From positions 11,470,001 through 11,534,000 of the forward strand of contig OZ024740.1 of the NCBI GenBank assembly GCA_964016885.1: a stretch of DNA of 64,000 nt. Reading direction: 5' to 3'. A program made the translations under genes and the position numbers. This DNA is from Eledone cirrhosa (taxonomy: Eukaryota). Shown in pieces: positions 19,460 through 32,568 of the stretch. Position 1 is the first letter of the stretch; each line of letters starts with the position of its first letter. The notes below the pieces were generated by a model. That model did not search any database and was not told the DNA's origin. It was given only the letters and a program-made list of their open reading frames with translations.

Positions 19460-19569
19460 CTTCTTCTTCACCCATTTGTTCCTGAGAGTGTCATGGGGGC
19501 AGTCTTGGTATAGGCAATTTTTGTGCATTTATCCACGCCTTCCAGGACAGGTCGCAGGCCCATAGCCAG
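19460..19569 (-). mobile_element. Short 3' end fragment of another retroelement with (GAA)n tail and 13-bp target-site duplication
   Basis: ATATAATAATATT occurs at 19447-19459 and 19570-19582; the minus strand ends in GAAGAAGAAG. Confidence 0.6.
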
Positions 19570-19789
19570 ATATAATAATATTAAATTACTAATATTTTCA
19601 TAAACTGTTAACTATCAAAGCTTTATTTTGGAAATTTGTGATCATCAGAGAAAGATTATTTCATTCATTACTTTATAAAGCCATAAATATTTTCATTATA
19701 ATATTAATTCGTATAAGCTATATATAAAGGAAAATATATATTTAAATGCACACTTTGAAAACAATTCAATATTAGCAAAGATAATTTAC

Positions 19790-20252
19790 ACTTGCACCTC
19801 TCTAAGACAATGTCACCTAACAGATCTTTGGCGCAACACAGTAATACAGCCTTGCCTATGTATAAAATAAACCTAGTCAGTAGGCACCTCTTAACCAAAT
19901 ATACACCCCAACCCACTACCTCTACTCCACACTCCCACCAACACCACCCTCTCTCTGTAAAGTCATGTTGGTACCACAACATCCAGTCCAAAATAAATGA
20001 GGTCGTGTAGGTGTCACGACAAAAAAACACAGTCCACGCTGTAATGTGGCCGTGTAGGTAACACGGTAAAAAGCTCCCAGTCCACACTGTAAATGTGGTT
20101 GGTGTTAGGAAGGGCATCCAGCCATAGAAAACCTGCCAGATAGTACTATACGAGCGGGACATGGTCACCTGACCAATCTTGTCTCAAGTGGGACAATTCC
20201 CGTCTAACCCATACTAGCGTGGAAGATAGACGTTAAACGATGATGATGATGA
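19790..20252 (+). mobile_element. Older, diverged RTE-B-like 3' end
   Basis: LHLSKTMS-like ORF end, GGTGTTAGGAAGGGCATCCA motif, CCCGTCTAACCCATACTAGCGTGG terminus and (GAT)n tail. Confidence 0.8.
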
Positions 20253-20305
20253 ATTTCCATATACTGTTATTTTTTAGAGCACAGGTTCACCATGTATGTA
20301 TATAT

Positions 20306-21083
20306 TGTGAACAGGTGTACCAATGTATGTGTGTGTTTATAATGAATAGGTATATCAGTGTGTGTATAGTGAACAGGTACACCAGTGTCTAGTGAACAGG
20401 TACACCAGTGTCTAGTGAGCAGGTACACCAGTGTGTGTCTAGTGAACAGGTACACCAGTGTGTGTCTAGTGAACAGGTACACCAGTGTATAGTGAACATG
20501 TACACCGGTGTATAGTGAACAGGTACGCCAGTGTATAGTGAACAGATACACCAGTGTATAGTGAACAGATACACCAGTGTCTAGTGAACAGGTACACCAG
20601 TGTATAGTGAACAGATACACCAGTGTATAGTGAACAGGTACACCAGTGTATAGTGAACAGATACACCAGTGTCTAGTGAACAGGTACACCAGTGTATAGT
20701 GAACAGATGCACCCGTGTGTGATTAGTGAACAGGTAACCAGTGTATAGTGAACAGATACACCCGTGTGTGATTAGTGAACAGGTACACCAGTGTATAGTG
20801 AAGAGATACACCAGTGTCTAGTGAACAGGTACACCAGTGTATAGTGAACAGATACACCGGTGTCTAGTGAACAGGTACACCAGTGTATAGTGAACAGATT
20901 CACCAGTGTGTGATTAGTGAACAGGTAACCAGTGTATAGTGAACAGATACACCAGTGTATAGTGAACATGTACATCGGTGTGTGTATAGTGAACAGATAC
21001 ACCAGGGTATAGTGAACAGATACACCAGTGTATAGTGAACAGATACACCAGTGTGTGATTAGTGAACAGGTACACCAGTGTAT
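20306..21083. repeat. 23-bp minisatellite (consensus GTGTATAGTGAACAGRTACACCA), roughly 30 copies
   Basis: AGTGAAC recurs at 20468, 20491, 20514, 20537 and onward; some units carry extra GT dinucleotides. Confidence 0.93.
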
Positions 21084-21189
21084 GCATGCATTTGTGTATG
21101 GTGAACTCCTTAGAATAAGTCTTGGAATCAACATGTAAAGTTCCTCACTATGGCTCTTAACAATTCTCAAATAGAATCAACATGACAAT

Positions 21190-21538
21190 GGAGGCACATG
21201 GCTTAGTGGTTCGAGCATTGGCCTTGCAATCGAAAGGTTGTGAGTTCAATTCTCAGACCGGGTGATGTGTTGTTTCCTTGAGCAAGACACTTTATTTCAC
21301 ATTGCTCCAGTTTACTCAGCTGTAGAAATGAGATGATAGGGACTGGGGTCCCTATCATTCCACTGCAAAGTGGTCGTGGAGGTGCCACGGCAAAAAAGCA
21401 CCCAGCACTCACTGTAAATGAGGTTGGTGTTAGGAAGGGCATCCAGCTGTAGAAATCAAGCCAAAAATCAGTTCCCGTCCCACCCTTGCAAGCAGGGAAA
21501 AAGCGGACGTAAAATGAAATGATGATGATGATGATGAT
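21190..21538 (+). mobile_element. tRNA-CORE SINE copy 3 (full length)
   Basis: High identity to the other copies; long (TGA)n tail. Confidence 0.9.
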
Positions 21539-21565
21539 ATATATCTATATATATACATATATATA

Positions 21566-21780
21566 TGCAGGGCAATAAAGATAGACGGTAGCCACGGAAT
21601 AGGCAGACCCAGAAAAACCTGGGACGAGCTGATAAACTCCGACCTCACACACTTACACCACACCAAGACAATGTCACTGGACCGAGACCTTTGGCGGTAC
21701 TCAGTAATAGAGAAGACCCGCCTTACCTAAATACAAAGTAAAACCTACAATCAGTAGGCACCTCTAACAAAATACACCCC
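21566..21780 (+). mobile_element. RTE-B fragment (ORF C-terminus and start of 3' UTR)
   Basis: Reads [26 protein letters not shown]...EKTRLT*; matches 57156-57373. Confidence 0.9.
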
Positions 21781-21960
21781 GAAGATGTTGGCAGTGGTGA
21801 TGATTGGACTGCTGGGCCAGAGAAAGGATGTGGCGTTTCCTGCTGTGAGACAGAGGCTACTGGGAGGTCAATAGTTTCATTTAGTAGATCGGCCATTGTT
21901 GATGTTGTTGTTGTTGCCGTTGTAGCTGCTGTTGTTGTTGTTGCTGCTGCTGGACAGCAT
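21781..21960 (-). mobile_element. Inverted duplicate of the 5' end of CR1-like copy 3
   Basis: Reverse complement of ~22301-22447, with a longer CAA/CAG tract. Confidence 0.88.
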
Positions 21961-22086
21961 ACATACATACATATATATATATATATACATACATACATAT
22001 ATATATACATATATATAGACATATATATAGACATATATATATACATATATATATATATAGATATATATATATATACATATATATAC

Positions 22087-22135
<49 letters not shown>

Positions 22136-22233
22136 CGTATAGATATATATATATATGTATAGATATATATATATATGTATATATATATATCTATATATGT
22201 ATATATATATATCTATATATGTATATATATATG

Positions 22234-22267
<34 letters not shown>

Positions 22268-22300
22268 TATGTATGTATATGTATATATATGTATGTATGT

Positions 22301-24429
22301 ATGCTGTCCAGCAGCAGCAACAACATCAACAATGGCCGATCTACTAAATGAAACTATTGACCTCCCAGTAGCCTCTGTCTCACAGCATGAAACGCCACAT
22401 CCTTTCTCTGGCCCAGCAGTCCAATCATCACCACTGCCAACATCTTCTTCTCTGCCTACTACTACTACAACATCTTTGTCTACTGCTATCTCAAGGAATT
22501 TACCTTCTAATACCAGTACAAGAACTCTCCCTCCCACAGTCCACAAAGGTCGTCAAATCCTACTCAAACCATCATCTACACCTCTCACAACACACACACC
22601 CACATACCCACCCACTCGAAACCCCATTATTTGCCGCTACTCTCTACGCTATAGAATATGTACGGATAGTGGCTGCAAATTCACCCATTTACCTAGGACA
22701 AAACGGTCTATCCCCACAAACAGCCACCACCATAATACATACTGTAATTTAACACCAACACAACCACCAATAACTCAAACAAGGAATCCACAAATCTGCC
22801 GCTTTTCCCTGCGAGACAGATTGTGTTTACACCGGGATTGTCCCTTTACCCATCTCCCGGGGACCTGTCGGACAAATGAAAATAAAATTAAAAATAAAAG
22901 CAAAAACAAAAACCATAACCTACATAAAAATAACCACTTCCACAGTCACCAACAGTCTTCTAAACAGGAAACTTCTTCCTCTTTTTTAGCCATAATGAAT
23001 CTGGCAAAAGAACTGGAAAAAAACATTCGAGCTATCACCCAGCACCACCCTCCACTATCACCCCACTGCACAAACTCCCATTGCTGCCATTAACAAACAA
23101 ACAAATTAACAACACACCAAAACAATTAAAACCATCCACCCTCGCCTCTACATTTTTGCTTAACGCCCAAGGCATCAGCCCTTCCACCAATACTCAAAAA
23201 TGGAAGATCAAATTCCTGGAGGACTGGATTGATGTCCATCCAAACCACATCCTTTTCTTCGTCCTCACTGAAACCCATCTCAGTAACCTCCACTTGGAAG
23301 CCGAGGTGAAAGTGAAAAATTTCAAAGCCATCCGTGCTGATCGCGCTGGCAGAAGAAAGGGCGGGACTGCCATTTATGTCCATAATTCTTTCTCAACAGA
23401 GGCTATGAACATATTCACTAATGGATACTGCGAAGCAGTCACTGTATTCAGTCAAACCAACAACCTAATAGTAGTTGGGCTCTATAGGCCACCCCAAACG
23501 CCTGTACCATGCTTCAAGGAATGCCTCAACAGCATAAAGTGTTTCATCCAAGAGTGTCACCCTGACAACATCTTAATGATGGAGGACTTCAACCTCCCCG
23601 CAGTTGACTGGTCCACAAACAGCTTGCCACCAGGTTCTTCTGCCTCAACCTCTGACAGGGAAGCAGTGGAATCGCTTCTTGACTTCATGGATGATTTCTT
23701 CCTATCCCAGCTGGTGCTTGAACCAACGAGGTGCCACAAAAACATCCTAGACTTAATTTTCAGCAATCACACTGACAATATCCACAATATTGCAGTGGAG
23801 AAAACTCTACTCTCTGATCATGACATGGTTCTCTGTGATCTGAGATTCCACCGTCCAATATACAAACCCAATGTCATCTCTCCTGTCCATCCGTTTGACT
23901 CTATGGATTTCCACAATGCAAACTGGGAAGCGATCAGTCATGATCTTGCACATGTCGACTGGTCCTTCACGCACACTCATACACCCACTAACATCAAAAA
24001 GTCCTGGCAGACATTTGTAGACACTGTTACAAACATATGTGCAAAACACACCCCATTAAGAACTATAAACAAATCTAAGAGCAGAATCCCTAGAAATAGA
24101 AAAACGCTCATCAGAAAAATTAAGAGAACGAACAAAAAAATCAACAAGCTGAAATACTGTCAGCAGCAACACATCAACTTGACTGCTATTTCATCACTAG
24201 AGATTAAAAAACATAACCTCCAAAGCAACATAATGTCTCTCATCAACAATCAGAAGAGCTGAAGAGGCCTGGGCTATTGAGAAGATCAAACTCAATCCCA
24301 AAGTGTTCTTTTCATTTGCAAAAAAACACAAAATCACTGGCTCCACTGTTGGCCCTCTAATTGATGAAAATGGCACTCTTCAAGACAATGCTAAAACTAT
24401 GGGTGAGATACTGCAGAAACAATACTGCA
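22301..24429 (+). mobile_element. CR1-like LINE copy 3 (ORF1 C-half + endonuclease; truncated at both ends, frameshift near 24255)
   Basis: ORF1 22331-23093 and ORF2 frame 22964-24262; homology stops abruptly at 24429 (LQKQYC). Confidence 0.92.
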
Positions 24430-25200
24430 GGTTCGCACGTATGGTGGGTGTGTGTATATGTCTACTTCTTGGTTTAGTTGACTTACGTCTCCGAACCTTC
24501 GTGTATTTATTTGTAGGTATGTGTGTGCGCTTGTTATATACGTATTTATTTACTTATATACGTTTATATAATTATTTATTTATTTGTACACAAGCATACA
24601 CACATACACATATTTATATGTGCGTGGTTTTGTATACCTATGGTAAGGTTTTGCGTATGCTTGTGTATGTACGTATCTGTTTGCGCGTATGTATTTATTT
24701 GTTTCTATTACTTCAGTATTGTATTTATTTACTTTGTTCTTAACTCTGTAGCGGAGATTCATTCGGTCTCCTAGTTAGAATTTTAGTCTACAACTTCTGC
24801 TATACCATTTACGTGGTTTTGTCTTTGCGTGCTATTGTTCTCCACGCTCCACATATGACTAATTATCTTCGTTTTTTCGTTCATTGCCAGAGAACGTCTC
24901 TATGCACCACTTAGAGAACATTAGTCTACGACCTCTTTTATACCATAAACGTGGTTCTGTCTTTGCGCGTAATTGTTTTTCACCGCTCCTATTAATGACG
25001 TATTATTCGTTTTTCCCCGTTCTTTGCCGGCGAACGTCACCATGATCCAAAGTATCGTCTTCCTGTCTTCCTCCGGTTGCAACGTTTTTTGAAATATCCA
25101 GTACTGCGTTTACAGATTGACTTTGTTAGTTTCAGAAGATCCCGTTAAGGGTGAAAGCAGCGATTCTTTGCTTAAACTTTAATCTGTTATTTTAATAAAT
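24430..25200 (+). mobile_element. Non-coding hammerhead-bearing island (Penelope-like terminal repeat or retrozyme remnant)
   Basis: Diverged ~137-bp internal tandem duplication (~24783 vs ~24921) and a hammerhead fold near its 3' end. Confidence 0.55.
25112..25187 (+). ncRNA. Type I hammerhead ribozyme, variant core CAGAAGA
   Basis: Stem I AGTTT/AAACT extended by ACAGATTGA/TTAATCTGT past a 7-nt bulge; stem II CCC-GTTAA-GGG; GAAA 25153-25156; stem III GCA...TGC; CUU site at 25173. Confidence 0.7.
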
Positions 25201-25394
25201 ATATATGTATATATATATATATATGTGTATGTATATATATATGTGTATATATATATGTATATATATATATATATGTATATGTATGTATATATATATATAT
25301 ATGTATATGTATGTATATATATATATGTATATATATGTAAATCGCCAACTCGCTATTTCTGGGATGGCTGTTCCCTTCGGTATAAAGTAACGTT

Positions 25395-26009
25395 CAAATT
25401 TTTCTCGATTCTTCTCTCCATTCGAACCCATTCATTCAATCACTTCTATGTCCTAAATTCACACTATATCATATTTTCACCATTATATATCATATCTTTT
25501 CTCTAAAAATCATATTTCCCCTATCACCGCATTTTCTCTACCGTATTTTCTTAAACAAAACAAATCTTGTATTTTCGTTTATTGTTAAATTATGCCCAAA
25601 ATTTTTTCTCGATTCTTCTCTCCATTCGAACCCATTCATTCAATCACTTCTATGTCCTAAATTCACACTATATCATATTTTCACCATTATATATCATATC
25701 TTTTCTCTAAAAATCATATTTTCCCTATCACCGCATTTTCTCTACCGTATTTTCTTAAACAAAACAAATCTTGTATTTTCGTTTATTGTTAAATTATGCC
25801 CAAATTTTTTTCTCGATTCTTCTCTCCATTCGAACCCATTCATTCAATCACTTCTATGTCCTAAATTCACACTATATCATATTTTCACCATTATATATCA
25901 TATCTTTTCTCTAAAAATCATATTTTCCCTATCACCGCATTTTCTCTATCGTAATTTCTTAAACAAAACAAATCTTGTATTTTCGTTTATTGTTAAATCA
26001 TGCCCAAAA
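25395..26009. repeat. ~203-bp tandem repeat x3 at the 5' end of RTE-B
   Basis: Units start near 25395, 25597 and 25801 (TTTTCTCGATTCTTCTCTCCATTCGAACCC...). Confidence 0.93.
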
Positions 26010-26280
26010 TACGGCGATCTTATCTTAAACCTTACATTCTCGCTAACAACCCATCATCCCTCCCTCCCGCCCCCACGCACCACCATTATTACGTGGACCA
26101 ATCATAAGTCAGAGGCCCATACTATCGCTTAACTGGTTGCTTTTCGATATGATGGATGGACTACGGAATTCTGGAGAGTTGAAGAGAGAAAAATGTGGAC
26201 GCTCAGCGACAATGCCAAAGATAAAGCCAAATTCACCTCGTGGACGAGAATGCAAGCACTCCTCCTTGTTTCGGCCCAGG

Positions 26281-29200
26281 ATGGCTAACATACCCCCCCC
26301 CCCGCGCCCCACCGCTCCCACCCTCCAAACGCAATCCAAAACTTCAGAGTCGGTACCATGAATGTAGGCACCTTAAAGGGTCGCTCTAACGAGGTTGTAG
26401 AAATGCTTGAACGTAAGGAGGTCGATGTTTGTTGTATTCAAGAGACCAGGTGGAGGGGAGGGTCGGCTACATTCATCGTGGGTAAAGAGCGATGCTATAA
26501 GCTTTTCTGGGTGGGAAATGACAATGGGTTGGGTGGGGTAGGAATCATGGTAGCAGAAAAGTGGGCAGATAAGATAATAGACGTAAATAGAGTGAACGAC
26601 AGAATAATTAAAATAAGACTTGTCCTCAATAAAACTACGGTGACAGTAATATCTGCGTACGCACCCCAATCCGGACTGCCCCGCGCTATAAAAGACAGAT
26701 TCTACGAGACACTGATGCTCGCTACCTCCCAAATAACCGACAGTGACTATATAGTTATTGCAGGCGACCTAAATGGTCACGTTGGACAACATTGTGACGG
26801 CTATGACGGAATCCATGGAGGCTATGGGTTCGGTACTAGAAATGAGGAAGGCTCCAGAATCCTGGAATTCTGCGACGCAAATAACTTAACTATCTGTAAC
26901 ACTAACTTCAAAAAACGAGACAATCACTTGATCACCTATAGATCGGGGGAACACACAAGCCAGGTAGATTATATCCTTACCAGAAGACGTGACAGAGTGT
27001 CTGTTGTTAACACTAAATCCCACCCCCATGAAGAATTCACCTCCCAACATAGACTGATAATTAGCGACCTCATAGTCAGGACGAGACGTACTAGACAGCG
27101 AAAGAGGACTATCCTCAGGAGAAAAATATGGAAGCTAAAGGACCCCATAGCCAGAAATAAATTTCAAAGCAAATTACTTGACGCTTTCGACAGTAAGGAA
27201 GAGCAATTAGAGTCGTATAATATAGAGGAACAGTGGGAATTCCTGAAAGCAAACCTGCTGACGGCGGCAGACGAAGTCTGTGGCTGGAGCAGGCCTGTAG
27301 GTAGGAGGAGAGTAACATGGTGGTGGAACAGTAAGGTGGAGGAGTCAATTAAGGCCAAAAAGCAGGCTTGGAAAGTATGGCGGGATGGGGGAAGTAGAGA
27401 AGACTATCAAGTGGCCAGGAGGGAAGCTAGGAGACAAGTGTACTTCGCAAGAAGGGAAGCAGAGGAAAGAAAGTTCAAGCATGTTCTACAACGTGAGGAC
27501 CAAAAACGTGAGGTGTTCAGGATTGCCAGGCAATGTGTCAAGGAAAACCGTGATATTGTCGGGGAGAAGTGTGTACTTAACGATGATGGCATACTTGCCA
27601 TCACCGACGCTGATAAGAAGGTAGCTTGGAAGTGTCACTACGAAAGGCTTCTAAATGAGGAGAACAAATGGGAGAAAGACAGTCTCCCCCAGATCGATCC
27701 AATAGAGGGACCAGCAGTGTTAGTTGAAGGTAGTATAATAAGTAAGGCAATCAAAGATATGAAGACGGGTAAGGCGGCTGGGCCTTCGGAAATAGTTGCT
27801 GAGATGCTGAAGGCATCTGGTTCGGTGGGACACACCATGGTCACCCGGATAGTTAACCAAGTCGTACAGAATGGGGTTGTTCCGAAGGAATGGCGTAGCA
27901 GCATCATCGTTAACTGCTATAAGGGAAAAGGAGATGCCCTAGATAGGAGTAACTATAGAGGCATTAAATTAATCGACCAGGTCATGAAGGTCACGGAAAA
28001 AGTAATAGCGCAACTAATCAGAGAGAGAATTGATCTAGATGAAATGCAGTTCGGGTTTGTGTCAGGCAAAAGTACCACAGACGCTCTTTTCATTGTACGA
28101 CAACTACAGGAGTAGTACCTAGCTAAAAGTAAACCCCTATACTTAGCTTTTGTCGACTTGGAGAAAGCCTTCGACAGAGTCCCCCGTTCCATTATCTGGT
28201 GGTCTCTTAGAAAACTAGGTGTTGACGAATGGCTTGTGAGAGCTATACAAGCCATGTATAAAGAAACAGTCAGTAAGGTTAGAATTAACAACGAATATAG
28301 TGAAGAGTTTAGCGTAAAAGTTGGTGTCCATCAGGGCTCTGTACTTAGCCCCCTACTATTTATTATTGCCCTTCAGGCTATAACAGAAGAGTTCAAGACC
28401 GGCTGCCCATGGGAACTCCTATACGCAGATGATCTAACGCTCATAGCTGAATCAATGACCGAACTAGAGAAGAAATTCCAAACGTGGAAGCACGGCCTAG
28501 AATCAAAAGGCCTTAAAATTAACCTGGCTAAGACTAAAGTTCTAGTTTGTAGGAAAGAAAATAAGGCGGCGGTCCCATCGGGGAAATGGCCATGCTCAGT
28601 GTGTAGGAAAGGCGTAGGCAGAAACTCCATTTTATGTCCCAAATGCAAAGTATGGGTGCATAAAAGATGTAGTGGGATCACAGGTAAGCTAACTAAGAAC
28701 ATAGATTTTACATGTGGCCGGTGCTCTGGTGCAATAAGTAGCAGCAAGTGCCCACAAAATACTAGCTCCTTCAACTGCGCAGAGGGTTCTATAGAAATAG
28801 TGGACAGCTTCCGTTATCTGGGTGACAAAATCAGCAGTGGGGGAGGGTGCTCTGAAAGTACAGTAGCTAGAGTCAGAACTGGATGGAAAAAGTTCAGAGA
28901 GCTTATACCACTATTAGCCGCTAGAGGGTTCTCCCTAAAAATGAAAGGCAGGTTATACGATGCCTGCATACGAACAGCAATGCTGCATGGCAGTAAGACC
29001 TGGGCATTGTGTGCAGAGGATATACGCAGACTAGAGAGGAACGAAGCTTGCATGCTCCGCTGGATGTGCAATAGTAATATACGTGAACGGCAAAGCATAA
29101 ACGAACAAAGAAAAAAATTAGAAATAAGAGGGATCAGATGTTGTTTACTCGAGAGAAGGCTACGTTGGTACGGTCACGTGATGCGCATGAAAGACGACAG

Positions 29201-29378
29201 CTGTATAACAAAGTGCAGGGCAATAAAGATAGACGGTAGCCACGGAGTAGGCAGACCCAGAAAAACATGGGACGAGCTGATAAATTCCGACCTCACACGC
29301 TTACACCTCTCCAAGACAATGTCACTGGACCGAGACCTTTGGCGGTACTCAGTAATAGAGAAGACCCGCCTTACCTAA
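26281..29378 (+). pseudogene. RTE-B ORF (EN + RT + PHD-like finger) with one nonsense change
   Basis: TAG at 28113-28115 where the copy at 34365 has AAG; YADD intact. ATG 26281 is one base out of frame across a poly-C run (real indel or sequencing error). Confidence 0.9.
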
Positions 29379-29881
29379 ATACAAAGTAAAAACCTACTAC
29401 AGTCAGTAGGCACCTCTATCAAAACACACCCCCGTCCCACCACCTCCACACCGCCCCTTTCATTGTAAAGTTATGTTGGTCCCACAACATCCAGGCCGAA
29501 ACAAATGAGATCGTGTAGGTGTCACGACAAAAAACACACAGTCCACGCTGTAAATGTGGCCGTGTAGGCAACACGGTAAAAACCTCCCAGCCCCACACTG
29601 TAAATGTGGTTGGTGTTAGGAAGGGCATCCAGCTGTAGAAAACCCGCCAGACAGTCCACGCTGTAATGTGGCCGTGTAGGCAACACGGTAAAAACCTCCC
29701 AGCCCCACACTGTTAATGTGGTTGGTGTTAGGAAGGGCATCCAACTGTAGAAAACCCGCCAGACAGTCCTATGCGAGCAAGACAACCACTCTTGCCTCAA
29801 GTGGGAAAACCCCCGTCCAAACCCATGCAAGCGTGGAACACGGACGCTAAACCTGATGATGATGATGATGATGATGATGAT

Positions 29882-31480
<1,599 letters not shown>

Positions 31481-31534
31481 GAAATATATGAAATATGAAA
31501 TATAAGAATCAAAGAACTGTTCAAAACATTATTG

Positions 31535-31581
31535 TGCTTACAGCTGTTTCCTCCAAACCGAGGTTTGGATTCTTCGGAGCA
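31535..31581 (-). ncRNA. Minimal type I hammerhead ribozyme (inverted copy)
   Basis: Reverse complement of 32569-32615. Confidence 0.72.
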
Positions 31582-32568
31582 ATTTATTAATGCATGGACA
31601 GTTATATGACCTCCTTTTCAGCCGAGAGACATACCAATACATATTCAAACATTGATACATATTCAAACATTGTGGGTCAACATTCATTACAGAATTTAGA
31701 GTGGCAGTACACACTTCGAGATTACATTTATATTAATAGGTACAATCCACCTTAATAATAATATGATCACCTTCAGCATAATTTAGTTAAACTACTCTAT
31801 AGTTAGTACACTTTATGCTTTAAAAGTCTCTCTTGGAAGGTGCACCTCACCATAGAATTTAGGGTCTATATTGGGACACATTTTAATGGCTAGATATAGA
31901 AACCCCAGAGTTACCTCCCCGCATGCATTAACTCCCCTTAGCCACACACACACTTCCGGTATTCAATGGCGTCTCTCGAAACGTAACAACCTCCTGTATC
32001 GAACTAAAGAACACCAGACTACGATCTCTAACTGGATTGTCGTGGATTATGTGAAAGGCATATAATCGAAATATACACTCCCTTGACCATGAAAATACCG
32101 AAGTACATGATTTACTTGACATCCCTGCGCTGTGCATCTCCAATACTTATAACACTTTTAATGCTTGCACTATCTTTAATGCTTATAATATTTCTCCACA
32201 CACAGACTATATCAATCATATAAAGACTTTGCCACCAGATCTACCAACCTAACACTCTTATTTACCTACCTAAGTGCCTCTACCACACATATCTCTCTGC
32301 CACACTATATAAACAAGACGCACATGCGTGCCACACATATAACATTTGCACTATATAACCACTTATCTTCATGTTGTACTTTAACCTATATCTTTGATTT
32401 TTGATTATACCTATTAATATAAATGTAATCTCGAAGTGTGTACTGCCACTCTAAATTCTGTAATGAATGTTGACCCACAATGTTTGAATATGTATCAATG
32501 TTTGAATATGTATTGGTATGTCTCTCGGCTGAAAAGGAGGTCATATAACTGTCCATGCATTAATAAAT

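Larger units (their letters stand above)
25338..29881 (+). mobile_element. RTE-clade LINE family B, near full length
   Basis: 5' tandem monomers, 5' UTR, EN-RT ORF, ~475-bp 3' UTR with an internal duplication and (TGA)n tail; TA arrays on both sides. Confidence 0.93.

Noticed and set aside
19570-19655. Minus-strand CTGATGA ... GAAA-ATATTA-loop-TAATAT-TA hammerhead-like motif
   Set aside because: No stem I partner even after removing the adjacent insertion, and stem II is poor; chance or heavily decayed.
20306-21083. CRISPR-like appearance of short regular repeats
   Set aside because: Units are head-to-tail with no unique spacers, no cas genes are present, and the context is eukaryotic.
31871-32065. 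64-aa ORF as a GIY-YIG endonuclease remnant
   Set aside because: Only an R..EH-like motif is present and no GIY/YIG motifs; insufficient without a profile search.
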